From Lama glama (Eukaryota), in contig CM052817.1 of the NCBI GenBank assembly GCA_028534125.1, forward strand, positions 51,152,001-51,216,000: a stretch of DNA of 64,000 nt. The letters are read 5' to 3'. Below are positions 1-13,050 of this stretch, in pieces (within the stretch, counting starts at the first letter, position 1; each line of letters starts with the position of its first letter). Both the position numbers and the translations under genes were made by a program. The notes under the pieces were generated by a model. That model was not told the DNA's origin. It saw only the letters and a program-made list of their open reading frames with translations, and ran no database searches.

Positions 1-257
1 ATTTAGCTAACTCCTACTGGCAATCAAGTTGTGTTAAAGAGTTCAATTTATCATTTAAATTTTTAAAATAAAGTTTCATCTGGAGATGGCCTCTACCTAC
101 AAGTTTACCTGTGGCAGTGTTAGGGCTCCTCAAGAAAATGATGGAAGACTAGAGGTAGTAAGTAGGTTGCTAGAGAGGAAATGCTATATATCATCCTGAA
201 GTCACATCATTAGGATGGATGCTTAATTAAGAAAAACAAAAAGTTAAGAACAACATT

Positions 258-308
258 TCTCTCTCTCTCTCACACACACAAGCGCACGCGCGCACACACA
301 CACACTCT
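258..308. repeat. Compound microsatellite (CT)n(CA)n(CG-rich)(CA)n
   Basis: Read directly: tctctctctctct cacacacaca agcgcacgcgcg cacacacacacac. Confidence 0.9.
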
Positions 309-3189
309 CAGTAATATTTAAAGAAATAACTTAAAGAAGGGGGAAAATAGGAACAAACATTAAAAATGCAGTTAGATTGTTTATTAAGGTGATATTTCTC
401 AGGATCAGAGAACCTGTAACAATTCTTAATGTGTGGTTGTGATCCTGAAATTGTTGGCTATGTTAAAAAACTAAGAAACAAAATCAAAAAGCATAGGTAC
501 TTGGCAGTTCTTTTTCCTGACTTCCTGCACTCATTCTGTATCTACTGTTATCTTCTTCAAGTTGGGAATAACTAGGCAAAGTCTGATGGTAAACTAAAAC
601 CTGTATGTACTAGTAACCCAAGAGAATCTCTTTGAAAATTTATTATTCGTTTCTTTAGTGATGTTCACAAGGTTGAGTTATTGTTTTCTCACTTTTTAAA
701 TGTTGTTTAGTCATGTGGTTTATGGGGAATTATGGGAGATCTAAATAGGTTTTTTTGAATGTTTAAGTCTAGTCATATTGAATAATCATTATGTGTTTAG
801 TGGGTGCGATAAATTTCGAAAGCTGTGAGAGCCATGTAAATAATACATTTTTCTGAAAAGGACTCCTTACTTCACCTCCCAATTCTCCCTTTTTATTAAA
901 GCATGTGTCTCCTTTCTATCTGCATTCATGCTAGGGGAGTATCTACTTTCAAATGCAAAGTCTCTTAGCTGTATCATGACCTATGAGATTTAACTGAAAT
1001 ATTAAAGTCATGCACCTATCATTTGCAATGACATTTATCGAACGTGAATGTCAAGGACAAATAAATTAGTGCCTCAATAATGCCCATTTATAAGAGGAAG
1101 CAAAATGTACACACACACATATATACAAACACATATGCATGCATATGTGTGCACAGATTCCCAGAGTCTTCTCCTAGAGGAGAGAAAATTGAGAAATCTC
1201 AGCCCAAATATTAGTCTTGGAATTTTTACAATCATCTGAAATATGAATAACTTGCCATCATTATTAATCCTTTTCACAACATCTCTTTAATTTGGGAATT
1301 ATTTGTCTTTGCTTAAAACATTTAATCGCTGCAATGAATAAAATTCTCTAGTTGGAGAGAAATCACAATATATCAGAAATGACAGACATCTACAGCCAAA
1401 AGCCATTGCAGACACTCAGAGAGGCCTGCAAATGTATTGTGTGAAGAAACAATAGAAGGGACTGTAATAAAGCATTTGCTCCTTCAGATTAAAATCATCC
1501 AAATTCTTGCTGTACACCACTGACTTACTGCTATTAATAATCTTTTAATTTCTCCCATTAAAGGAATTTATATATAAAAACTCTAGTAAATATATATATA
1601 TACACATATATAATTTTCATGCAAACATGTATAGCATTCATATATACATATATAATCATACATATATTGAATTTTGGTTGGTTAACAGTAACAGACAAAA
1701 GGCTATTTGAAAAACAGTATTTGTAGTATTTTTGATTAATTTATTTCATTTTGGTTTTATTTTTGTTGTTTAGATTTTTCCTCTATTTTGAGGCACCTAA
1801 AATTTCGTGGGTATACTGTAAAAGCGTAGAGGGTATGTAGGAATTTTTGTTTCTATTTTACACTAGTAAATACTGAAATGAAATGCAAATATGCTTCCAT
1901 TTTCAGAAAGGAATGTATTATGAACACAAAACACAGTGTGAACAGTATCAACAAAATCTATCAGGGAAACAATAAGATTCATGACAGAGTCATGTACATT
2001 ATTATATAAATTTGCCTGTAATGAAATCAGGTTTTGTGTGTCCTGTTTCTCAGCAAAAGTGACATTAGAATCTTGAATCTAGAAATGTAAGAAATTTTCA
2101 AACCTTCAGCTCAATTTAATAATAATGTTTTTCTTAACTTATTAATTTATTGTAGTTTGGCATGGAGAGTAAGTTCTTTAATAAAATACTTTCAGAGTCC
2201 ATTAAATAAATATCCTTTGTTTTGAAACTAAATAATATTAGGTAGCTTAATAAGCAAATGCTCATTGGACTTGACTCTAAACCTGTAATGGCTCCAAAAC
2301 TAATTCATTATCAATGAATGTAGAGTTTTCATCACAAAGGATAGTCAAAAGAATGTGTCATGATTTCTGAAATGGAAAAAGAAAGTATCATGGGAACTTT
2401 ATAAACATTTTTAAGTGGGAGAAGATTGTTTTGCATAAGCATATAGTCTTCAAACATTCTGAAAAATAAGAATGTGTTATATAGTTTTACTTTGGAATGT
2501 ATGTCAAATAATTAGTTTCATAGCTTATTTTTGCCCACCTTGTACCCTGATTCAAAATCTTAAAATTACTGGATTAGTATTCTGTTTTTATACCACATTG
2601 ATGTATTTGACATCCTGATAATATGCAATAGAAAAATATAAATGTGTGTGTAGTCAATTATTCTTCACCCAAAATCGTAAGTTTCACTTAATATTTTCTA
2701 TGTGCTGGTTTCACCTAATAAGCAATTCTTTTCCTTTAATGATTGAGGACTAAGAAGTAAAAATATGACTTTTTAAAACGAACAAAGTGTTCTCCCAAGG
2801 AGAGTTGGAGGGCCTGAAAAAATACTAAAGTGTAATTTAGTCTATTTTTATTATGTCTCCAGAGAGCTTAGATAATCTGCAGTTTTCACCCTAAAAAAGT
2901 ACATGTCCAAAGTAATAACCCTCATCAACTTTTCATCTGCATTCCTGTTTCTACATTTGTAAAGTTAAAAATGAGTCTAAAGCGAATAAACTAATACTTT
3001 TGGTACTATTATCAAGTAAGGAGTAACTGGAGTAAGGAATTTTTAGAGGAAGATTTGTACCAGTTTAGTAAACGGAAGAAACAGGGGCAAGGATGAGGTA
3101 AGTGAGGTTAAGCCTTCGGGGAAGGTACTAGAGGAGTACCCCTGCCCCAGGCCCAAGGGTTTCAGCTCCTGCACCAGAACCAAAAGGGT

Positions 3190-3285
3190 TCAGCTTTTAG
3201 CCTTGTTTTGCCATAAGCTTGCTGTGATAACCTAAGTAAAATAATTTGCCTCAAATTCTTCATCTGTAAAAGTGAGAACCGATTA
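3190..3285 (+). mobile_element. MIR SINE fragment
   Basis: Degenerate MIR core: gctgtgataacctaagtaaaataatttgcctcaaattcttcatctgtaaaagtgag. Boundaries approximate. Confidence 0.55.
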
Positions 3286-3622
3286 AACTCATAGTTTTTA
3301 CTAATAAAATTTGACTTCCCTAGAAACTACTCTAGGAATATACAAGGCACATTATTATTTTGCACAGAAAAGGTAAACTTTTTTCATTCATCAGGCTACA
3401 CAAATTTAAAGGACTGTGGAGAGGTGTCAGCCTTCTAAAGCTGAAGGATGATTTAGGCACTGTTACTGCTGGTAAAATTTATCTTTGTCGATACTTCTCC
3501 TATACCTATACTTTCTTTGCTATTTCCTAACAATCCCTTTCTCCATTACTGAGCTCATAGGCCTGCTCTTCCTCCTGCCACAAGGAACAAATTTCAGTAA
3601 ATGAATAAATAAAGCAAATGAT

Positions 3623-4122
3623 NNNNNNNNNNNNNNNNNNNNNNNNNNNNNNNNNNNNNNNNNNNNNNNNNNNNNNNNNNNNNNNNNNNNNNNNNNNNNN
3701 NNNNNNNNNNNNNNNNNNNNNNNNNNNNNNNNNNNNNNNNNNNNNNNNNNNNNNNNNNNNNNNNNNNNNNNNNNNNNNNNNNNNNNNNNNNNNNNNNNNN
3801 NNNNNNNNNNNNNNNNNNNNNNNNNNNNNNNNNNNNNNNNNNNNNNNNNNNNNNNNNNNNNNNNNNNNNNNNNNNNNNNNNNNNNNNNNNNNNNNNNNNN
3901 NNNNNNNNNNNNNNNNNNNNNNNNNNNNNNNNNNNNNNNNNNNNNNNNNNNNNNNNNNNNNNNNNNNNNNNNNNNNNNNNNNNNNNNNNNNNNNNNNNNN
4001 NNNNNNNNNNNNNNNNNNNNNNNNNNNNNNNNNNNNNNNNNNNNNNNNNNNNNNNNNNNNNNNNNNNNNNNNNNNNNNNNNNNNNNNNNNNNNNNNNNNN
4101 NNNNNNNNNNNNNNNNNNNNNN
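3623..4122. other. Assembly gap (500 N) flanked by a direct repeat and an A-tail
   Basis: Run of exactly 500 N. aaagcaaatgat occurs at 3611-3622 and again at 4131-4142, with an A-run from 4123. Confidence 0.95.
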
Positions 4123-5408
4123 AAAAAAAAAAAGCAAATGATCTGATAAAATAATTGACACCTAGTTATGAATGATGATTTTTCATTTATTCCAGGGAAA
4201 TGTGCTATACCACAGGAAAAAGGTTTACCCAAAAGAATGAATGTATAATTCTTTAATTTTGGTAACAGAAGTACCCAGGTAAGAGAAAAACTATATCGCA
4301 TGATGCACAGAGTAATAACTATTCTCACCACACATGTATTTGTCTATTCTGCTAACCTCATAAAGGTGACATCTTTTCCTTTTTCCAAAAATCTGGCAAT
4401 GCTACCAACAACTCAAAATCCAGAAAAATGACCTAGTACTTATTTAAGTTTCTGAAATATTTGTATAACACTTTCCCTCTATACTTTGAGTTTGTGTTCC
4501 TTTATGGCTTCCTTATTTGATATAACTGTGTAATTACAGATTGTAATTGTACAAAGTACAATTTAAATTTTAAATTGAAAGTTTTACAGAAAAGGGAAAG
4601 ATAAATCAATATTTCCTGTAGCATTATTATTCACTATTGACAAAGTGTATTATTCACTACTGATAAAATGGTGTATCAAGCATTTATAATTATATATGAT
4701 GCATAATCAGGTATATTTCTAACTAGAAAGAATTTCCATTTGGACCAAGCTATTATGAGAACCAATTTTTTTTCCACACAACTTTGAATATCTGCATCCT
4801 GGAGAAGTTTCCATAGACTAGCTTCAAGCTCTGTAAACTTCTAACTCTTATTTTCCTCCAGTATTCACATAATTCCAGTGCCAGGTACTTTGAGGTATAC
4901 TCATATATTTGCATACATGAGTGTATGTATACATATATACACTTTCTATATGACTGTGTCCCAAAGCATATGGCACTGAAAGTATCTAAATATGAGTGGA
5001 TATTCATATAGAACTATGTATGAATATTTTGTTTACATAATTATGTATGTATACATATATATGTATACGTAGATAATTTCTATATGAACATAAACCAAAG
5101 CAATTATAAGCTATATATATGTATACATGTATATAAACATGTATGCATATGCACATACATATGCAAATCTATTTACATATACATGAATAATAGCACAAAA
5201 CTAGGGTTCTCCATTCTTCACTAGAATCAAATTAGTATAAATTTGGTGCAGAATAAGATGTTAAAAGGTGTGTTCCCTACAGCAACCACTAAGAACTCAA
5301 CAAATGTAGTTAAAAAGATCAGGTTACATCAGTGATTGCCAGACCTGGCATGCGTGAAATCCCTCTGAGTAGATGGCTATGTACTCCCAGGCTTTATGCC
5401 TGTAGGTA

Positions 5409-5474
5409 GCTTAAAGCCCATGTATCATAATGTTCACTCTAAGTGTTGCTTAAAGCCCATGTATCATAATGTTC
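5409..5474. repeat. Perfect 27-bp direct repeat with 12-bp spacer
   Basis: gcttaaagcccatgtatcataatgttc at 5409-5435 and 5448-5474; spacer actctaagtgtt. Confidence 0.95.
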
Positions 5475-8400
5475 CAATAAAACTTTATAACCAAAAAACA
5501 GAAGTCAAACTCCTGTTCTAGATGATTACAGGTGAAAAGAGTATAGCATGAAGCTTTATGAAAAATGGAACTATCATTTAGATATTTTTATTTGTTCCAC
5601 ATCTCACCTAATTACTTAAGCAATGACATTAGTCTTACAGGTAGGCTGAACTTACAAATGGCAGTATAATATGTACATTAATGGGAGATAACAACTCAAT
5701 CAATATAATAAAATGTTTTTCAGGTTCTAAACATGTAATGAATGACAAAGGATAAAACAATTATTTCTATGGTGCTGAAAAGCTAATAACTAAATGGATC
5801 AATGTCAAACAAGATGCAAAAAAAAAAATTACACCCAGAACATTAGTAATTTTAATTTTAACTAATACATTTGCATTTTATGTTGTATTAGCCTGGTCAT
5901 TGTTGGAAAATAAAAGTCGTAAACAAAACTGTAAATTGCACAATGACCAGAATATTGAGATAGTTGTCACAAGATGTGGATCAGCTTTTCTTTTAGTCAT
6001 AACTTTAACTTTTTTTATGGCTTATTATGTCATCTGTTATATTATCAGAAATAACCAGAAGTGGCAGCCTTAAATTGTAGGGTCCAAAAGAAAACCAGGT
6101 GTGATGAAGTCTATTCTGTATTATCCCTCTGACTGGAAAAAAATAATGTAGTTGCAATGCTAATAAATACCTATAATAATGACCTGAGACAATGTCTTGA
6201 ATTATCAAAAATATAATACAAGATTAGATTCTATTATTATGGTTTCTGAGTATATTATACAAAACTCTCTGAAACTTTTTAATTATATGTTATTTATTAC
6301 CTAGGTGTATTTAATAATGAGAACGTCCTATTCCTTAAAAATTATCAATAAACACTTAATCATATATTTATTCAGAAATATCTCACACTATTAGGACAAA
6401 AACCTTAGTCCTAACATAAGTTTTAAGAAAGATTAAAATCTTATAAAATGATCATTTACATGTTTCTACATTCTACAGTCACCTTTTCAAACTCATATTT
6501 TCATTCATGCTCTTTTCTCTTCAGAACACTTTCTGACAGCCCACTGACTTTAGACAACATATTAATGTGTACTCCACAGCACACATTATTATCATTATTG
6601 TCACAGCTTGTATATCCTTTATGCAAATGATAAGAATAATATGACAATTGACAGTGTTACTGAATTAATTTTACAGAATATAAATTTGTCTCTTCATGAG
6701 GCTTGCATCAAGTATCCAATTATAAACATATTACTAATTTTGAGGGCTTTAAAAGAAGTCTTTCATTAATGTTTTTTAGTGACCATTTACAATTTTATTC
6801 TAGGTATATTCTTTAACAGTTTAGTGTGCATATCTTTGGTTTAGAATTTTAAAGTCCACTTTTTTTTCTTCCTGATCCTTCTTTTTTGAAAAACTATTTC
6901 TGTGATATATATTTAATTTAAAATGTACTTCTGTTCAATAAGCTAGTCTGGGGTACATAATGAATTGAGTTTCTCTGACAATGAATTTCAAATAGATTTT
7001 GTGTGTGGGATTATTAAGAGGTAAGAGATATCCCACATTTTCCTAAAATGAATACTCCATTTATTTAATGGGTGGTTTGTGTGCTTAAGGCACTCTTTCA
7101 ATTTGTATCACTTGGTAATATAGCCACCAGGAGGTAGGTTGGCTTTCTCACCCTAAATATATTTAATGCTTTCTTCAGCCCTCAGCATCCATTTTCCCTA
7201 ACCAGTTGGGGCATATCTTGTAAACAGAATAAATAATTAGCTACTTAACAGCTTCTTACTTGGAACATGAATTTTTAATCACTTAAGTGCAACATGGCAG
7301 AATGAGTGAACATATGCCTATATTTTCCTAAGAAAATAATGATCAGAATCACTATTCTCAGCAGGGCTCTTTAAAAAAAGAGAGAGATTTAATGGAGCTT
7401 GGTGGCCTCAAGACACTAACAGTAACCAAGAATGCAGCTAGGTTTCTTGGAAAAACTCTGGCTCCTACATTTAAGAACAGTATCTGTAAGCTAGGTATCA
7501 CCCCAACAAATTCCCTTTTAAGTATCCTGACTGCCAAATTAGCAGTCGAGAGGTCCACACTTTAGTTACAGTGAGATACATTTTAATCAAGTGTCTTATT
7601 TTTCATATTTTCCCAAAACACAGTTAACAAAAATAGAGAGTTCATAATATGAATTATTTCAATACTTGAAACTTGACTGTAGAATTTTTCCTAGTTTTCC
7701 AGTAATGGTATGGTTCATCTCTTTCATGGCTATAAATTTTCTACTCCCCTTTTCTTTCTAGTAATTAAAGCAATATTGCCAGAAGAATGACATTATAAGT
7801 CACACTGAAGAGCCAATTAGCTTTTTTTGTACATGATTTATACAAACAAGCTTTAGTATGTCCTGAGTTATTTATCCCAATTTAGGTCACATGCCCCGAT
7901 TTTAAAATGTTACAGTTCTCCTCTGTGTCATGAAAAAAACATCTTATTCAATAAGTTTACATGCGCTATGCCCTTTATTAATTCTTGCATGCTAGATAAC
8001 TTTTCCAAAGTACAGCATCTTCTGATTCATTTTTTTCTTGAAGTGTCATATTTGAGTTACTCAGCAGAAACATAGTTTTTCACTGTGTACTTAGAAAGAG
8101 ACAGAAACTTTCCTTTTCCTCCCCACTCCCTCCCTTTCCCTCCCCCATCCCTCCCTCAATCTCTGTTCTTTTCTTTCTTGCTTGCTTTTTGAATTAAAGA
8201 AACAACAACAACAAAAAGCCCTGATTTCCAATTTAAACCATTAGCAAGACCTGTGGTTGGATGCCATTATGCTACTAATGGATCCACAGTGCAATGTGAC
8301 ACCACTTGCGATTTCCATTGGGAAATACATGCACATAATACACATGTTTATTTTAAGTCTAAAAGGGTATACTAATGGTTTCAGCACTTTAGTGTTAAGT

Positions 8401-11400
8401 AATGAAAAAATTTCCCCTTTGGTAGGAAACGTGTTGTAATGTAATCCATGTTTTCAAGGGATAATAGGGTCTTTTCTCTCTTTATTGGGACTATGCTGAA
8501 GTTTCAAATTAGATTCATCAATTAAGGTGAAGCATGGACATGCTTGTAGTTTGCTCCAATTAACTCTCACCTCACCTTCTGTCCCATATGCACCTGGAGA
8601 CCTCATTCTCACAATCTTCAACTAGACACATGGTTGCTCTAGCATTGCTCTAAGATTCCACTGCTCTAGATTATAACTATATTGAATTTGTGTTTATGAT
8701 TTATTATTATGTCATTGCAGTTTGTTGGTTTGTGTCACTAAATTTCATTTGAATATTTGATAGCTGCTAGATCCTAACAAGATAGATTTGCTTTCTAAAA
8801 ATAAATAAAATACTCTAATTCTTAAACTTAGCAGAGACTATCACATTCATATTTCAGATTAGGAAACTAAGGTCCTGTCAATTTGCTCAAGCACTGTTAT
8901 CTTGAATCAACTGAGTAACTAGTTAGCGTTTCCTGTATTTCCCTTTTTTCTCATTTTTATTACTACTAGCAGTCCAAGCCATGATAAGAAATAATACAAT
9001 TTAGTGCTCAGCTAGTGGAACTTGTACATTTCAGAATGTGAAGAAAATATTTAAATTAGAGAGGACATTCTGCTTCCAGTTTGGTTTGCAGAAACCAGAG
9101 ACCATCAGTGGGTGTAACTAGAGAATAAGAACTTACTCTCTCACAGTCTTAACTGCTTCCCAGGCACTTGTTATTCCAGCAGTGCAGGCCACATTTTCTT
9201 AGGAGACAAAGTTGTCCAATTGTTCAAGGATAAGCCTGTCTATTTTCCTCACTTTCAGATTCTAACTTTACTCAGGAGGGCACACTATTGGTGTGGCTTC
9301 AAGAATCAACTAAAAACTCATATTAAGTCTAGACAAAATCTGGCATTTGCAAGCACTTAGGAAGACTGTACATTCCCTAAAACTAGCAGATGTCAAGCAC
9401 TGAATACTACACGTTTTAAGACATGTTATGATAACATGAATGCTTAGCTGCCTACAAGTCAGGTAAAAAGTAACTGTGGAATACTACAACGTTGTAGAAG
9501 GGACAGTGACTTGTAGGGGTGATCTGTCATTAGGATTTTATAATATTAGTTAAGTTTTGTACACAGCTTCTTACATAATACTTGCATATCTTCACTGGCT
9601 ACAGGCTATAGTGAGCAGATTCCATCCACGTATACCAAGGCTTTTAATCACAAGAGTGGGTATTTTTAGCAGTCATTTCAAGGATGTATTAAAAAAGACA
9701 GTGGTTTATACTGTCTTCTTGTATACTATTTCCTCTTAAATGTATCTTTTTCTTTTGTGCCAATATTTTGTCATCAATATGGAGCTTTCAGATAAACATT
9801 AATTTTTGTTTGAATTTTTACAAATATTGTTCATAACATATTCTTTTGTCACTTGTTACCAAGACTATCAAATAATATTTTAAAACTTAATAAAATGATT
9901 ATTTTGAAAGTCTGACCATCTCAAGATAGCAAACACTTCCTCTAATTCATTGCTTTTAAAACACTTCAATAGAGAATATACTTGAGATTCTTAATACATT
10001 AAAATTTTACTGAAAATTATATTTTTCCTAAGGTAGTACTATTTTTTTTTAAATTCAAACTGTAAACTAAATGAAAAGAAGTACACTCATTGTACATTAA
10101 GTAAACTGAGACACAGAAGGGCTGTGTGGTTTACCATTGGTTAGACAGCTGGCTTTCACCAGGACTGGATGAAATTCACACCTCCTTTGCAATTCTCCTA
10201 TTCTTTACATTCAACTTTTTTATGTTAACAATGCAAGATAGAGGCTCTGGCAATTAAAAAAGGTTTATACATTTTAGCCACTAAATGTAGAATGATACTT
10301 TCATACTGTGTTTATGTAATAGGATTATCGTTCAGCCTACATCTAATTTCAGTTCTTTGCTTAAAACTTACTCAATTGCTCAAAAGTTCTTGTCATTTTA
10401 AAAATGTAATGACTAAATAATTCTGCTTTAAGTGGCAAAAGTGGTTAATTTGGACATGCACTGATAAGAAGAGGCAAGGGAAGACAGTAATAGGGCAGTC
10501 AATGCCAACTGAAATAAAACAATTGTGCCAGCAGTTGGAATGCCATATGGAAAAATGAAGCCTGGTTTCATAACCAGGATGGAGAAAAATCTGTCAAGGG
10601 TTATTTTTATTGCATATTCAAGACCTGATAAATTGTGTTAATTGCTAAAAGAATGGGAGTTAACCAAGAATGGATTTATTGTGATAGGAATGGAATATGT
10701 TGAGAACACCAGGATAGTTTCAGAAATGTGTATAGGTGGTAGTTTAAGGTTTTGTGTTTGTTTTTCACTTAGAACTGGCAGGGGAAATTTAAACTTTATT
10801 CCATTCCTATTAAAACATATTTCTTATGTCTTTCCTACATTTGTAACACAGAAATCTCAGAAATCTTGAGCCATTTAATATGAATTTAATTCTATTTATC
10901 ACATAACTAAACAGCTATGGGATAAAGGCATTCACATTAAATGACAAGAAGTTTGGGTGTTCGTAAAATGTTACTATTTTAGAGAGTACTATCTGCTTCA
11001 TAACTTCCAACCATAAATAAAGTACTTTTCTTTTTTTGTTTGTTTTTGTTATTGTTGACTTTTACACTGAATATAGCAGTCATAGTTAAAATTTAAAGTC
11101 CAAACTAACATGAACACATAAATTTTAGACTCACATATCCAATCACCGTCTTTCAAACTCTCCAATTCAGGTCAAATATAATTTTAAAGAATCAATTTTG
11201 CATACAAACTGTGAACACTCTTTACGCACTAGCTTTTTGCAGATTGTAAGAAGCAAGTTTAACAGAAGAAAGACATAAAAGCTACTAAGTAAGGAGTTTC
11301 TGCTTTTTTAAGACAAGAATAAATTGGAAAAGATTATAAACAATTAAACAAAAAAGGTGCCACATTGAGAACTAAATGACAGCAGCTTTTCAGATAAGAT

Positions 11401-12829
11401 CCATTCCAGAAAAACTGTCTTTTAGGAGCAGTCCTAGAATAAACTCGTCTTTTAAAAGTTCACCAGATTATTCTCATTTCCTAGAACTATTGTATATTCT
11501 CCCTAGGTGTTCTTAACTCCATACTAACCTAGAAAATTTTTTTTAAATTTCAGGATGAGCTAATTGACCTAGCCTCAATGATTTAGAATCAAATAGCCTT
11601 CTTCTAAGTCAGTGATTTCAGACAACAATTACAGAGGACCTGACTTTCAGTATTCTAACCTGGAAAAGTCATGACATCATCAGGAACTTAAGTAAAGCTG
11701 TAATAGTTGAGACATAATGTTCATACAAACTACAAAATTGTCTATGGAATTACTATATACAGACTTTTGTCAGAGGCATGCCTACTGTCTCAGTGTGGAA
11801 ACCTGAAACAATAAGGCATATGCACGCTTTTGTACAAACCAACTGATGGTGCATTATCCATTAACGTACCTTAAACTTATTGAGTAATTATCACTAGCAG
11901 TAAACTTAAAGCTAAAATATTTCTTTCCATTTGCCTCTGTAATATAGGAATGTCTTGAGAATAATAAAATATTAAATATACATTACATTGAAATGTATTA
12001 GAAGAATAATGCAATATGAAAATAATAATACTTTATATTAAAACATAAACAATTGCATAATCTGATTTAGATTCTCCTGCTCTAGTCCCATATCACACTG
12101 AACTTCTTTAAAACACAGTACCATTTTGTTCACATGTCGTCTTTCTGGCCTATAAGCTCCCTGCGGGCAAGGACTAAATCTCTGTTGTCACCACTACATT
12201 TTGCTACCAAACACAGTGTTTACTAAACAGAACAGGTCCTGGACACATTTTTAAGTAAATAAAAACTTTCCCTAAAATTTGATTAACCAGGACATAGATT
12301 TCTGAAATGATGTGATATGTTGTGATGTAAATGGATTTCAAAGATAAGTAAACAATGTTTAGAAGTGGTAGTTGCAAATTTTATACATGTTTCTTAATAA
12401 TGAATCAATTTCTTAATATGAGCCAGTATTAAATGTTACGTGAATCTGTATCCTCTTTCAATGGATCTAAAGCATATACATTGTATCTAGCTGGTTCAAT
12501 ATTAAGAAATCCAGTACTACCATGTGGACAAAGCAATGTAAGCCCTGTATTTTAAGGCCAATGCCTGATTTCTTGTGGAAAATCAACACATACACTTTTT
12601 TTTTTCCTCAAACAAAAGTGCTGGACTGAATTGTAGGGGAGTCAACCTCTTTACTTACAGTACCTCTTAATGTTCTGTCAATGCTCAGAAGAATACAGGT
12701 TACTAAACATATTTTTTAAAGTTAAAATTTTGTATTTAATATTGAAAACAAATCAAAGAAAAATTATATGCATATTTCAGCAGGCAGCAAGATAAGATAA
12801 TAATCACAAAGATAATAAAATAGCTGCAA

Positions 12830-13050
12830 TAAATACTACTATTTATAAAGCAGCCAGGAAGTGTCAGGCAATTTTAAAACTACCTTACACACATTATCTG
12901 ATGCAATCCCCACATCTACTTTATACGTGAGAAAATTCATTTTCAAGTGACATACAGGAAGCTATAACAACTTATTCAGTCATGTGATTTGAGTTCAAGA
13001 ACCATGATTGGACATCAGGTTTACTGAATGCTCAAATACCTATATTATCC
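12830..13050 (-). mobile_element. MIR SINE remnant
   Basis: Antisense MIR pattern: tactatttataaagcagccaggaagtgtcaggca...ccttacacacattatctgatgcaatccccac. Confidence 0.5.

Noticed and set aside
3520..4331. Three long ORFs (178-245 aa)
   Set aside because: Artefacts of translating through the 500-N gap.
5409..5474. Repeat-spacer-repeat resembling a CRISPR unit
   Set aside because: Only two units, a 12-bp spacer, a mammalian context and no cas genes.
5880..6208. Minus-strand peptide with RGIIQNRL...ISDNITDDI followed by a hydrophobic stretch, reminiscent of a gamma-type env or filovirus GP2 ectodomain
   Set aside because: No LD.LL or CX6CC motif, spacing too short, and no other supporting motifs; consistent with chance.
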